From Methanomicrobiales archaeon (GTDB lineage Archaea; Halobacteriota; Methanomicrobia; Methanomicrobiales; Methanospirillaceae), in NCBI GenBank assembly GCA_013415565.1, contig JAAEET010000001.1, forward strand, positions 1 through 63,979: a stretch of 63,979 nt of DNA, written 5' to 3'. The notes beneath the pieces were generated by a model, which was not told the DNA's origin, ran no database searches, and saw only the letters and a program-made list of their open reading frames with translations. The translations under genes and the position numbers were made by a program. Positions within the stretch are counted from its first letter, which is position 1. Each line of letters opens with the position of its first letter. Shown here piece by piece: positions 8,601 to 18,310 of this stretch.

Positions 8601-9751
8601 GCAGAGGAGAGATGAACCAGATGAACTATCGTGAATTGGATGCGCGGTACTACATGCCCGCGTTCTCCCGCGAGATCATGATCGAGCGGGGGTCGGGATC
8701 GAAGGTATGGGATGCCGAGGGGAAGGAGTACATCGACTGTGTCGCCGGCATAGCGGTCTGCAGTACCGGGCACTGCCATCCCGTGGTGACCCGGGCGATC
8801 TGTGAGCAGGCCGGGCGCCTGATCCACTGCTCGAACCTGTACTATGTCCCCGGGCAGGCCGAACTTGCCCGGAAACTGGTCGGGATCTGTGGTATGCACA
8901 AGGCATTCTTTGCCAACTCCGGTGCCGAGGCAAACGACGGGGCCATCAAGCTTGCCCGTATTGCCACCGGGAGGAAGCGGTTCGTGGCCTTCACCCACGG
9001 GTTCCACGGCCGGACCCTCGGGTCGCTCTCGGTCACCCACAAACCGGCGATCCGCGAGCCCTTCCAGCCCCTCGAGCCTGCCTGCACCTTCGTCGAATAC
9101 GGCGATTCAGCGGGCCTTGAAAAGGTCATGGATGAGAACGTTGCCGCGGTCTTCGTCGAGCCGATCCAGGGCGAGGCCGGCGTCATCATCCCCCCCGCGG
9201 AGTTCATGAAGAACATCCGCGAGTTGTGCGATGCCACGGGTGCCCTGATGATCGCCGACGAGGTCCAGACCGGCATGGGGCGGACCGGGAGATGGCTGGC
9301 CATCCAGCATACCGGGGTGCAGCCGGACATCGTGACCCTTGCCAAGGGGATCGCGAGCGGGTTTCCCATGGGAGCGCTTCTCGCCCGTGATGGAATTGAA
9401 TTCAGGAAGAGCGAGCACGGCAGCACGTTCGCCGGCGGCCCGCTGGCATGTGCCGCTGCACGTGCGACCATCCGGGTCATCGAAGAGGTTCTCCCCGATG
9501 TGGAGCGGAAAGGCCGGCGGTTTGCGGAGCAGCTCGCATCCTTCGGACCCCGGCAGCGGGGTCTCATGATCGGGATAACGGTCGGGGAGCCCTGCCCCGC
9601 TGTCCAGAAACAGTGTGCCGCGGACGGGGTGCTGGTCAATTGTGCCGCCGATGGTAACCTGCGGATGGTTCCGCCGCTGGTCATCACCGATGACGAGATC
9701 GACCAGGCCGCGGGGGTTATCGGCAGCGCCCTGTCGGAACTTAGCCGGTAA
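8597..9751 (+). CDS. argD: Class III aminotransferase, acetylornithine aminotransferase-like
   Basis: [17 protein letters not shown] and the PLP-Lys context TLAKG. An ATGA overlap joins it to guaA. Confidence 0.8.
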   Translation: MSRGEMNQMNYRELDARYYMPAFSREIMIERGSGSKVWDAEGKEYIDCVAGIAVCSTGHCHPVVTRAICEQAGRLIHCSNLYYVPGQAELARKLVGICGMHKAFFANSGAEANDGAIKLARIATGRKRFVAFTHGFHGRTLGSLSVTHKPAIREPFQPLEPACTFVEYGDSAGLEKVMDENVAAVFVEPIQGEAGVIIPPAEFMKNIRELCDATGALMIADEVQTGMGRTGRWLAIQHTGVQPDIVTLAKGIASGFPMGALLARDGIEFRKSEHGSTFAGGPLACAAARATIRVIEEVLPDVERKGRRFAEQLASFGPRQRGLMIGITVGEPCPAVQKQCAADGVLVNCAADGNLRMVPPLVITDDEIDQAAGVIGSALSELSR

Positions 9752-9757
9752 AAAAAA
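9750..9757 (-). terminator. Oligo-T (T8 on the minus strand) about 20 nt after the surface-protein stop
   Basis: Plus strand reads taaaaaaaagg between the convergent argD and 9779 genes. Confidence 0.35.
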
Positions 9758-9778
9758 GGCGCAGGAAGATTCCGGGAA

Positions 9779-10648
9779 TTATCTCATTTTTCTCCCGAGC
9801 AGGATCAGGGCGCCGATCAGCACCATGACTCCCGGTACGGTAAGAAAGGGGATCCCCTGACTGCCGCTGACCGGTTCCGTGCTTTCAGGAATCGTGGCGG
9901 ACAGGGTCGGCGGACTCGTCTCCGTCCCGGCATTCCCGGTCGCCTGGATTCCGGGCTGATCTGCCGGGGTGGTGACCGGTGGTGCGGAAGTGGCGGTTCC
10001 CGTGGCTACCGTCGTGGCGGGAACCGTGCCGGAGAGATAGTATGATCCCCCTCCAGAACCCCCTCCACCGGAGCTCCCGGTCATGGCTGAGCCGCTGGTC
10101 GTGGTTCCCGTTACGGTCGTTGATGCGGGACTGGTTGTCAGGGTGGTATCCGGTACCGTGGTGACGGGGATCGTTGAACCCCCGGCTGCGACGGTGACCG
10201 TGGTGCCCGACAGGGCAGGAGCGATTTCATTTCCGTCGTCATCATCAAAGACGGGTTCCCGGAGTACGATATCCGTTGTCCCCGGCGAAAGACTCCGAAT
10301 CGTGAGCGTGGCAAGCATGACTTCGCCGGAGTCCTTCTCCACTGCGCCCCCGATATCGGCGGCCATGATACTGATCTCCGGCCCCGGAACGCCGGCGATA
10401 TCCGAGAGTTCGGCCCACTCCGGCAAAACTGCTCCTGTAATCTCCGCGACCGAGGGATCCTCCACCACGATGGTAAGGGCAAATCCTGAAATCCCTGCCG
10501 GGGCGGCATCGAGGGTAAGATTGACGGTGGCCTCCTCGCCCGGCATCGCACCAAGCCCGGGTGAATCGAAACCGACCGAAGCTCCGGAAGAAAGCCCGGG
10601 CAGCAGGAGGAAAAAGAGGATGAGGGAAATAAAACGCATATCTGCCAT
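9779..10648 (-). CDS. Secreted cohesin-like domain surface protein with a Thr/Ser-rich linker and a C-terminal archaeosortase-type (PGF-CTERM-like) anchor
   Basis: Signal peptide MADMRFISLILFFLLLPGLSSGAS, a cohesin-like beta domain, then T/S/G-rich low complexity. The protein ends in IPFLTVPGVMVLIGALILLGRKMR (TM helix plus basic tail). Confidence 0.6.
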   Translation of the reverse strand: MADMRFISLILFFLLLPGLSSGASVGFDSPGLGAMPGEEATVNLTLDAAPAGISGFALTIVVEDPSVAEITGAVLPEWAELSDIAGVPGPEISIMAADIGGAVEKDSGEVMLATLTIRSLSPGTTDIVLREPVFDDDDGNEIAPALSGTTVTVAAGGSTIPVTTVPDTTLTTSPASTTVTGTTTSGSAMTGSSGGGGSGGGSYYLSGTVPATTVATGTATSAPPVTTPADQPGIQATGNAGTETSPPTLSATIPESTEPVSGSQGIPFLTVPGVMVLIGALILLGRKMR

Positions 10649-10765
10649 ACATCCAGATCGGCGTCTGATGGTGTAAAGATATCTCATTGCCAGCCGTTAT
10701 CCTGCCCGGAATCCAGCCAATGGAGTTATCTGATCGCATGAGCATACTATTCCGGAACGCCATAC

Positions 10766-11872
10766 ATGGCCGGGAATACTACAAATCCTGCTGAAAGCCG
10801 GTACGAACGGCTGGTCCGGAACCTCTACCGGTCCGGAGGCTACGTCTTTGCAGCAAAAGCCGGGGATATCGCCCGCCAGCACGGCATTGCACGCGTTGCC
10901 CGTCTGGCCAGCAACGAGAACCCGTGGCCCCCGTCTCCAGCGGCAGTCAGGGAAGGCTGCGAAGCACTGCAGGGAGCAAACCGCTATCCTGATGAGAGCG
11001 TGGCAGCGCTCACCGGTATGCTGGCCCGCTTCCACGGCGGGTACTCGTTCGTGACCGGTGTCGGCATGGACGGGGTGATCGAGACGATGATCAGGACGCT
11101 GGTCGACCCCGGGGACCGTGTCGCCGTTTCGGTCCCCACCTTCTCATTCTACCGGCTTGCAGCCCTGGCACAGGCGGCTGACGTGGCGGAGATACCGAGG
11201 GCGCAGGATTTCTCGGTCAGCACGCGGGAATTCATCGGAATTGCCCGGGACGCCAAGATCTCCTTTCTTTGCACGCCGAACAACCCCACCGGAACGGTAA
11301 CCCCTGCCGATGACGTCAGAGAGATCCTTTCCGCGATCAGCGGGATACTCTTCCTCGACAATGCGTACGTCGAATTTTCCGGTGTTGATTACCGGCCCCT
11401 GATGGACGAGTTCGACAACCTGGTCATCGGGCGGACGATGTCCAAGGCCTTCGCCCTGGCCGGTGCCCGGGTAGGATATGCCTTTGTTCCCGGATGGCTG
11501 GTCCCGTTCTATAACCGGGCGGCAACCCCTTTCACGCTCAATACCATCTCGGCGCGGGTTGCGGCAGGTGCACTCGGGGACCGGGAAGGAATGGAGGAGT
11601 ATGTCTCTTATGTCCGCCGGTGGAGAGAGCGGTTCAGGGAGGAATGCCCGCTTCCCTCATCCTCCTCCGGGGCAAACTTCGTGATGTTCGATACGAGCCC
11701 CCTTACCGGTGACGAGATGGTGCGCCTTCTCGCAGGAAAGGGAGTGATCGTCAGATCGTGCGCCAGCTTCCCCGGCCTCCCCGACCACTATATCCGGGTG
11801 AGCATCGGGGATTCGTGGGAGAACGAGCTCTTCCTGGCTGCGATGGAAGAGATCTGCAGGCCCCGGGCATGA
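10766..11872 (+). CDS. hisC: Histidinol-phosphate aminotransferase
   Basis: LASNENPWPPSP, NPNNPTG-like TPNNPTG and the MSKAFALAG PLP-Lys motif. Confidence 0.85.
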   Translation: MAGNTTNPAESRYERLVRNLYRSGGYVFAAKAGDIARQHGIARVARLASNENPWPPSPAAVREGCEALQGANRYPDESVAALTGMLARFHGGYSFVTGVGMDGVIETMIRTLVDPGDRVAVSVPTFSFYRLAALAQAADVAEIPRAQDFSVSTREFIGIARDAKISFLCTPNNPTGTVTPADDVREILSAISGILFLDNAYVEFSGVDYRPLMDEFDNLVIGRTMSKAFALAGARVGYAFVPGWLVPFYNRAATPFTLNTISARVAAGALGDREGMEEYVSYVRRWRERFREECPLPSSSSGANFVMFDTSPLTGDEMVRLLAGKGVIVRSCASFPGLPDHYIRVSIGDSWENELFLAAMEEICRPRA

Positions 11873-12381
11873 TGTACGGCATTACCGGAACGCCGGGGAC
11901 AGGAAAAAGTTCTATCGCAGGAGTGCTCCGGGAGCAGGGTTTCCGGGTCCTGCACCTGTCGGAGACGACCGCTGAGTACGTGATCGGTGAGGACCCGGTC
12001 CGGGCGACCCTGGTCATCGATGAAGAACGGTGGGCAGCAGAATTCGTCCCGTTCGATGGTGTCGTTGAAGGCCACCTTGCCCACCTCCTCCCCTGCGACC
12101 GGGTAGCCGTTCTCCGGTGCCGCCCCGATGTCCTCGCCGACCGGCTCCTGGGACGCGGCTACCATGACGAGAAGGTCAGGGAGAACGCGCTTGCCGAAGC
12201 CCTGGACGTCGTCCTGGTCGAGACGCTCGAGATCTTCTCCCCTGAGCAGGTTTATGAACTGGACACGACAGATAAGAGTATCCGGGAGTGCAGTGACCGG
12301 GTTGGCGGGTTCTTCCGGGGGGAGATCGCCCCGCAATCCGGGTTCCTCGACTGGTCTCCCTACATCGGGATGTTCGCATGA
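11869..12381 (+). CDS. Fap7 / adenylate kinase isoenzyme 6-like NTPase
   Basis: ITGTPGTGKSS P-loop at the N-terminus and a length of ~170 aa. An ATGA overlap joins it to hisC. Confidence 0.7.
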   Translation: MMYGITGTPGTGKSSIAGVLREQGFRVLHLSETTAEYVIGEDPVRATLVIDEERWAAEFVPFDGVVEGHLAHLLPCDRVAVLRCRPDVLADRLLGRGYHDEKVRENALAEALDVVLVETLEIFSPEQVYELDTTDKSIRECSDRVGGFFRGEIAPQSGFLDWSPYIGMFA

Positions 12382-12986
12382 CCCTTGATACCTTCCGGCC
12401 GCACCTCAAGTGGATCTACCGGCCTTTCGTCGATATTGCCGTACGGATAGGGCTCACTCCCGATGCATTCACGATTGCTGCATTCTTCGTTGCGCTCTTT
12501 GCCGGAATCGCCTTTTACTATGGGGAGGTTATACTCGGGACCTTCTTCATCATGTGCAATGCCGCCTTCGATTCGATGGACGGAGCGGTGGCCCGGGCCA
12601 TGAACATCCAGAGCCGGAAAGGAGACTTCCTCGACCACGTGGTGGACCGTTACGCCGATATCTTCATTATCACGGGTATCTTTGCCGGGGGATTTGCTCC
12701 CTGGCCCATCGGCGTCTTCGCCCTGACCGGCGTGCTGATGGTATCCTACCTCGGCACCCAGGCCCAGGCAATCGGGGTCGGCCGCTACTACGGCGGGGTC
12801 CTCGGGCGGGCGGACCGCCTGTTCCTCCTCATCATCGCGGGCATCCTGAACATCATCATCCCTGCCGGGGTGTACGGGCTCCCGTATCTCGGATGGCTCC
12901 TGGTCATTTTCGGTGTCATCGGGCACTTGACCGCGGTCCAGCGGTTCATCTATGTCTGGAGAGAGATCAGGACGGAGCAGGACTGA
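12378..12986 (+). CDS. CDP-alcohol phosphatidyltransferase (archaetidylinositol phosphate synthase-like)
   Basis: DGAVARAMNIQSRKGDFLDHVVDRYAD matches D-G-x2-A-R-x8-G-x3-D-x3-D. The protein is multi-TM and ~200 aa. Confidence 0.8.
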   Translation: MTLDTFRPHLKWIYRPFVDIAVRIGLTPDAFTIAAFFVALFAGIAFYYGEVILGTFFIMCNAAFDSMDGAVARAMNIQSRKGDFLDHVVDRYADIFIITGIFAGGFAPWPIGVFALTGVLMVSYLGTQAQAIGVGRYYGGVLGRADRLFLLIIAGILNIIIPAGVYGLPYLGWLLVIFGVIGHLTAVQRFIYVWREIRTEQD

Positions 12987-13055
12987 TCTCATCCCTGGGA
13001 ACGGAGAGGCGGCCGGGACGGCCGTGATACCCGGACGGCATCTCCAGGCCGGGGG

Positions 13056-14057
13056 TTAAAACCAGGAGTCAAGCGTTTTTTGTCCGGCCTTCACTTTCAG
13101 ACCGTCAAGCGCCTTCTCAACACGGTCCGGGGAAAAATCGTAGGTATCGCAGAGCATCGACAGCACCCCCTCACGGTCCGGCTCATGCCAGGCAAGGGCA
13201 TACTCAACGCTGACCGGGGGATTGAGAAAGAATTCAAGGATCGCCCCGATATCCGTCTCCGGGAGTTTCTCTGCGGCCACCGTGTCAAACTCACCGTTTC
13301 GGACAATCCGGAGAGCCGTTTTTGCCCCGATGCCCCTGACCCCGGGATTGAAATCGGTGCCCACGAGTATGGCGATCCGGATCAGGTCTTCCCGGGAGAT
13401 CCGGAGACCGGAGAGGACTTCGGAGAGGGTTATCCGTTCCGGATTTACGGCGATCGTCCGGCCGTGCAGCTTCCTCCGTCCGCTCACGGTGAGGTTCCGC
13501 ATCAGCACCGGGGCCCCGAAGAGGAGCGTATCATAATCCTGGGAGACCACGTACCGGGCATCACCCCGGCTCACCATTTCCGCAGCCTGGGCCTCCCCCT
13601 CGCTCGGAGCATCAACGGACGGCATCCCGAGGAGGGAAAGCAGGTTTTTCGAGGTGCTGATCACGTCCTCGTCAATCCGCGACGAAGCCCGGGCATGTCT
13701 GGCTGCCTCCTCCACCGCTCCCCGCTCCAGTGCTTCCTGCCATCGTTCCCGGGCCTGTTCCCGGACCGAGCGGCGCTGACTGATGGTCTCCTGCTTGAAG
13801 TCGGGCGGTGTACCGTCAAATACCCAGACCGGCCGGATACCTTTCTCCATGAAATTGACCGCCCGGAAGAGGATCCCCGAGAGGTGGGAGGTGACCCTAC
13901 CCTTCTGGTCCATGAGCGGGGTGCCGTCCGGCTGCCTGATGATGCTCAGAAACTGGTAGAGGGCGTTGTGGGCATCCACCGCCGCGACACCGGCAAGCGC
14001 CTCCCAGGAGAGCGGTGTCTTGTAGTCGGCGATGATGTCCCGGAGTGCTACACCCAT
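13056..14057 (-). CDS. fen: Flap endonuclease 1
   Basis: MGVALRDII..., XPG-N/XPG-I motifs, and a C-terminal PIP-like QKTLDSWF. Confidence 0.95.
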   Translation of the reverse strand: MGVALRDIIADYKTPLSWEALAGVAAVDAHNALYQFLSIIRQPDGTPLMDQKGRVTSHLSGILFRAVNFMEKGIRPVWVFDGTPPDFKQETISQRRSVREQARERWQEALERGAVEEAARHARASSRIDEDVISTSKNLLSLLGMPSVDAPSEGEAQAAEMVSRGDARYVVSQDYDTLLFGAPVLMRNLTVSGRRKLHGRTIAVNPERITLSEVLSGLRISREDLIRIAILVGTDFNPGVRGIGAKTALRIVRNGEFDTVAAEKLPETDIGAILEFFLNPPVSVEYALAWHEPDREGVLSMLCDTYDFSPDRVEKALDGLKVKAGQKTLDSWF

Positions 14058-14081
14058 TCCTCAACCACCGTCCCGGGGCGG

Positions 14082-14396
14082 TTACCGGTAGACTCTCCGG
14101 GAGACCTCGTTGACGATGTCCTCGATCCGCTCGACGCTGCTGTCGTACCGCTGCGCCATCTTGGCCGAGATTTCCTCGAGGTTGACCTGGATCATCCGTT
14201 CACGGTTGGTGATGTTGCGCTCGATGATACGGACCTTGTGGTGGATGATCACGAGGAGACCGGCAAGAGAGAGCACGATCCCCATCGCCGCAAACGTCCT
14301 TGCCTGGTCCGCCATGAGCAGCGAGAAGAGCCACCATGTCGATGCGGCAAGAATGATAATGAGTATTATATCCCCCAGATACTCACGTATATCCAT
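14082..14396 (-). CDS. Hypothetical membrane protein (two TM helices plus a C-terminal helical tail)
   Basis: 104-aa ORF, IILIIILAASTWWLFSLL and MGIVLSLAGLLVIIH. No family recognised. Confidence 0.45.
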   Translation of the reverse strand: MDIREYLGDIILIIILAASTWWLFSLLMADQARTFAAMGIVLSLAGLLVIIHHKVRIIERNITNRERMIQVNLEEISAKMAQRYDSSVERIEDIVNEVSRRVYR

Positions 14397-14453
14397 GTTT
14401 TTACATGATGAAGACCGGGTAATTAATTTACCTGTGTTTCCCGGGGTTTTCTG

Positions 14454-15344
14454 ATGAACTGGTCACGACTCCTTCCGCTCGTTACCATACCCTCCATGCT
14501 CGTGCTGGTGGAGGTCATCGCACTCCTCCTCTCCCTGCCCATGCAGACCGCAGGAATAACAGCGTTCGAGGACCCGGAGTCATTTACAAACCCCCTCCTC
14601 TTCATCGTGATCCTCCTCGTCTTCACCGCGTTCCTCCTCGTTCTCATCAGGTATAAGTGGAAGAAGCTGATCGGGGTGATCATCGCGGTCTCCATCTTCT
14701 TTACCTTCATCTATATTTTTGCCGGGATCACCGTCTACTTCCTCGGCATGGTTCCGGGAACGCTCGGCATCACCCTCGCACTCTCGCTCTTCTCCACCGC
14801 CCTCCTGTACCTCTATCCCGAGTGGTACATCATCGACACCCTGGGCGTCCTCATCGCTGCGGGAGCCGCCTCGATCTTCGGAATATCGCTGGACATCCTC
14901 CCGGTCCTCATCCTCCTGATCATCCTGATGGTCTATGATGCCATCTCGGTATACAAGACGCGGCACATGGTCACCCTCGCAGAAGGGGTTATCGATATCA
15001 AATCACCGATCCTGTTCATCGTTCCCAAGCGGAGGGGCTACAGTTTCGTGCGGGAAGGGATCGGAGACCTCGACGGGGGTGAGCGTGCCGCTTTCGTGAT
15101 CGGCATGGGGGATCTCATCATGCCATCCATCCTGGTGGTATCGGCCAACGTCTTCCTGAATACCCCCCGGCTGGCAGGATTCGTCACCCTTCCGGCCCTC
15201 GGAGCCATCATCGGCTCGATCATCGGACTCTCGCTCCTTCTGACCGTGGTCCAGAAGGGAAAGCCCCAGGCAGGTCTTCCACCCATCAATGGCGGGGCCA
15301 TCCTCGGTTTTCTAGCAGGGTACGGACTCTCCTTCCTGCTGTGA
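14454..15344 (+). CDS. Presenilin / signal peptide peptidase homolog (archaeal PSH-type GxGD aspartyl protease)
   Basis: Catalytic YD (LMVYDAISVY) and GxGD (GMGDLIMPS) motifs plus PAL (LPALGAIIG). By my recollection it is collinear with the Methanoculleus marisnigri PSH sequence. Confidence 0.85.
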   Translation: MNWSRLLPLVTIPSMLVLVEVIALLLSLPMQTAGITAFEDPESFTNPLLFIVILLVFTAFLLVLIRYKWKKLIGVIIAVSIFFTFIYIFAGITVYFLGMVPGTLGITLALSLFSTALLYLYPEWYIIDTLGVLIAAGAASIFGISLDILPVLILLIILMVYDAISVYKTRHMVTLAEGVIDIKSPILFIVPKRRGYSFVREGIGDLDGGERAAFVIGMGDLIMPSILVVSANVFLNTPRLAGFVTLPALGAIIGSIIGLSLLLTVVQKGKPQAGLPPINGGAILGFLAGYGLSFLL

Positions 15345-16268
15345 CCGCTCGCGGATATGGAGGAGGTTCTCCATCACTTCGGTGATTCCCTCTCCGGTCT
15401 CGGTCGACATGTTGAGGTATCCGTCAAAATAGACGAGGTCGGATTTGTTCACCACCACCAGCACCGGAACATCGACCATCCTCTCGATCTCGTGGAGGAG
15501 CCTGACCTGCTCCTCGATGGAATACCCGCAGTGTTCGCTCGCGTCGAGCATGCAGAGGATAACATCGGCGAGGTTGATGATCGCGGTCAGTGCCTGCCGC
15601 TCGATCGGATTCCGGTCCTCGGGTGGGCGGTCAAGCAGGCCGGGGGTGTCGATAAACTGCATCCGCTCCTCCCCCGCCATCCGGTGACCGACGATGATGC
15701 CCTTGGTGGTGAACGGGTAGGACGCAACCTCCGGGTCGGCAGAGGAAACCAGGCGGATGAAGGATGATTTTCCGACGTTGGGATAACCGGCGACCACGAC
15801 GGTGAAGTCATCCGCCACGTGCGGGAGTTTCCTGATGACGTTCCGGACATCATTGAGGAACCGGAGGTCGTCATCGATCTGGTGGACGACCGAAGAGAGT
15901 CGTGCAACGGCCCGCTTGCGGAGAACGGCGGTATCCTCGGCTCTCCTTGTCTGATAGGCGAGTCCCGGCCCGTGTGTCCGTGCCCACCGTGCTGCCCATC
16001 CGACAGCACCAAGCGACTTCTTCACCCGGTCCAGTCCCCACATGATATCCACGATATCGCGGTAGAACGGGGGGATCTCGTTCAATTCCGGAAATGACTG
16101 CATGATCCTGACCAGCCGGTCATGGATGGCCTGGCTGACCGCTCTGACAAATTCCTCGTTCGCCCGATCCTTGTTCCGTTTGAGCCTCATCTTGGATGCT
16201 GCCCGCCGGAACGCCCGGTCAAGAATCTCATCGGCGGTCGGCACCGTGGGGATTTTCTCAAACTCCAC
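15312..16268 (-). CDS. NOG1-family GTP-binding protein
   Basis: G1 GYPNVGKSS, G3 DTPGLLDRP, G4 NKSD, plus an N-terminal NOG1-type helical domain. Confidence 0.85.
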   Translation of the reverse strand: MEFEKIPTVPTADEILDRAFRRAASKMRLKRNKDRANEEFVRAVSQAIHDRLVRIMQSFPELNEIPPFYRDIVDIMWGLDRVKKSLGAVGWAARWARTHGPGLAYQTRRAEDTAVLRKRAVARLSSVVHQIDDDLRFLNDVRNVIRKLPHVADDFTVVVAGYPNVGKSSFIRLVSSADPEVASYPFTTKGIIVGHRMAGEERMQFIDTPGLLDRPPEDRNPIERQALTAIINLADVILCMLDASEHCGYSIEEQVRLLHEIERMVDVPVLVVVNKSDLVYFDGYLNMSTETGEGITEVMENLLHIRERSQQEGESVPC

Positions 16269-16317
16269 CGGAATTCAACCCAATCAATATATATGCAAAA
16301 TCATATGATAAACCATT

Positions 16318-17196
16318 ATGGATTTATCCCTCATCCAGAAGGATATCCTGATCACACTCATCAGCCTCTACCACCAGCATTCCCATCCCATCAAGGGCGA
16401 GGAGATCGCCGAGGTCATCAGGAGGAACCCTGGCACGGTCCGCAACCAGATGCAGGCCCTCAAGGCGATCGGGCTGGTGGACGGCATCCCCGGCCCGAAA
16501 GGCGGGTACAATCCCACGGCACGGGCATACCGGGAGCTGAACCTCGGTCTCACCGAAGGGGAGTATGACGTGCCGATATCCCGTGAGGGGGAGATCATCA
16601 CGGGTGTGAAGGTGGTGGAGATCGCGTTTACCACGCTCTGCCATCCTGACATCTGCCAGGCAAGCGTGCGGGTGGTGGGGAGCCTGCGGGGCTTCGAGAT
16701 CGGCGATAATCTCACCATCGGCCCGACCCCGGTCAACCGTCTCGTGATCCGGGGAGAGGTGTACGGAAAGGACGAGGTCTCCCAGACCCTCCTCATTTCG
16801 ACCTACGAGATGATCTCTCTTCCCAAGAAACAGATCAGGTACTATATGAGCAGCCCGCTCATCACGCTGCGGAACCGTGATACCCTGATCGACGCCATCC
16901 GCCTCTTCACCGAGCACCACATTCATGGAGCCCCGGTCATGAACGGGAAGAACCTTGCCGGCATCGTGACCATGAGCGACATTGCCAAAGCCATCGGGGA
17001 AGGAAAACCGCTCACCGACCAGGTCTCCTCCATCATGACCACGGATGTTGAGAAAGCCCCTTCGACCGTCCATCTCTTTGAAGTGATACGACGATTCAAG
17101 GAGCGGGAGATCGGGAGGCTGGTGGTCATGGAAGGAGAGCAGCCGGTGGGAATCCTGACCCAGTCCGATATCATCAGGCAGTTTCCCTCGCTCTAG
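16318..17196 (+). CDS. CBS-domain protein with an N-terminal winged-helix DNA-binding domain (putative regulator)
   Basis: N-terminal ILITLISLYHQHSHPIKGEEIAEVIRRNPGTVRNQMQALKAIGLV. The C-terminal half carries a CBS pair (HIHGAPVM..., GRLVVMEGEQPVGILTQSDII). Confidence 0.7.
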   Translation: MDLSLIQKDILITLISLYHQHSHPIKGEEIAEVIRRNPGTVRNQMQALKAIGLVDGIPGPKGGYNPTARAYRELNLGLTEGEYDVPISREGEIITGVKVVEIAFTTLCHPDICQASVRVVGSLRGFEIGDNLTIGPTPVNRLVIRGEVYGKDEVSQTLLISTYEMISLPKKQIRYYMSSPLITLRNRDTLIDAIRLFTEHHIHGAPVMNGKNLAGIVTMSDIAKAIGEGKPLTDQVSSIMTTDVEKAPSTVHLFEVIRRFKEREIGRLVVMEGEQPVGILTQSDIIRQFPSL

Positions 17197-17348
17197 TGGG
17201 CGTGATGCGAAACGGGCGGCCCCGTCAGACCCGGCCGGTTCCGGAGCGAATGGGGGATGCCTGCACACCCTGCCTGCAGGGAAGGCATTTCTGACCAATT
17301 CCGGCCCGGTTCACTGAACTGCTATCCATCCGGACGTTTTTGAACATA

Positions 17349-17356
17349 TTTAAATA
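17349..17356 (+). promoter_or_regulatory. TATA box (TTTAAATA) about 26 nt upstream of the PRC-barrel ATG, implying a leaderless or very short-leader mRNA
   Basis: acatatttaaatattaatag lies in an otherwise GC-rich intergenic region. The spacing to ATG 17379 equals the usual TATA-to-TSS distance. Confidence 0.4.
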
Positions 17357-17378
17357 TTAATAGCTCAACAGTTCTCTT

Positions 17379-17630
17379 ATGGCCAGAGTGTTAGCCCGCA
17401 GCCTATCGAAGAAGAAGATCGTCACCAATGAGGGGAAGATGATCGGGACCCTGCGAAACCTCGTTGTCGATTTCAATACCGGTCAGGTGGTGGACCTGAT
17501 CGTATATCCCGATCCCTCGTTCGACACCACCGGGTACCGCATGGAAGGGGACCGTCTCTTCATATCCTTTGAGGCGGTCAAGGACATCAAGGATTATATC
17601 ATCGTGGATCGCTATCTCTCCAGAAAATAG
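17379..17630 (+). CDS. PRC-barrel domain protein
   Basis: 83 aa: KKIVTNEGKMIGTLRNLVVDFNTGQVVDLIV...DYIIVD, typical of archaeal PRC-barrel proteins. Confidence 0.65.
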   Translation: MARVLARSLSKKKIVTNEGKMIGTLRNLVVDFNTGQVVDLIVYPDPSFDTTGYRMEGDRLFISFEAVKDIKDYIIVDRYLSRK

Positions 17631-18310
17631 GGCATATACCGTTCGAGGGCTTCAACAAACCCTTCGCCATACTTTTTTTCCGAGACCCATGTGGCGGCTG
17701 CGGCTAACGTATCAGGGGCATTCCCGACCGCTACACCGATTCCTGCATACTTCACCAGGTCGATATCATTCTCGGCATCCCCTATCGAGAGAAAATCACC
17801 GGGATCGAGTCCGAGCTCGCCGGCCAGCGAGAGAAATGCCAGGCCCTTGCTGATCCCCCTGGCCTGGATATGGATGGCGAATCCGGTATCGATGATCTCG
17901 ACCGGGAATTCCCGGACGATCTCCCGGACCTCTCCGGGGGGTACGGTCCGGGCGAAGGCCTGGTCGGCAAAGCGGTAGGTGGGGCTGTACATGTCGAGGG
18001 TGACGCCCTTCTCCCGGTAATAGGCGACGACGGCGTCGAGAGCCTCCCTGACTCCGGACTGGTCGCCGATGATACGGAGGTCACCGGGATATCCGGTCCG
18101 GTAGACCCCGCCGTTCTCGGCAATGAAGCTCCCCTGGGTGCCGATCATCCGCGAGACGGCATCCATGAAACAGGAGGTGTTGCCGCTGGCAAGCACCACT
18201 TCGACGCCGCGGTCGCACAAATCCCGGAGAGCGATGATGGCACCGGTGTGGATCCTCCGGTGCCGGTCGGTTATCGTTCCATCGATATCGGTGACGAGTC
18301 CCTTCAGCAC
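17612..18310 (-). CDS. HAD-IIB (Cof-type) phosphatase, phosphoglycolate phosphatase-like
   Basis: N-terminal [10 protein letters not shown], ...SGN..., and C-terminal GDAENDIDL. Confidence 0.7.
   Translation of the reverse strand: MLKGLVTDIDGTITDRHRRIHTGAIIALRDLCDRGVEVVLASGNTSCFMDAVSRMIGTQGSFIAENGGVYRTGYPGDLRIIGDQSGVREALDAVVAYYREKGVTLDMYSPTYRFADQAFARTVPPGEVREIVREFPVEIIDTGFAIHIQARGISKGLAFLSLAGELGLDPGDFLSIGDAENDIDLVKYAGIGVAVGNAPDTLAAAATWVSEKKYGEGFVEALERYMPYFLER

Noticed and set aside
9979-10330. Apparent repetitiveness in the Thr/Ser/Gly-rich part of the surface protein gene
   Set aside because: This is low-complexity coding sequence rather than a defined DNA tandem repeat. No unit length could be established.
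14405-14453. C/D-box sRNA-like arrangement: ATGATGA at 14405 and CTGA at 14450, about 50 nt apart
   Set aside because: There are no internal D'/C' boxes. The CTGATG includes the ATG start of the presenilin gene, and the 57-bp spacer is fully needed for two divergent promoters.
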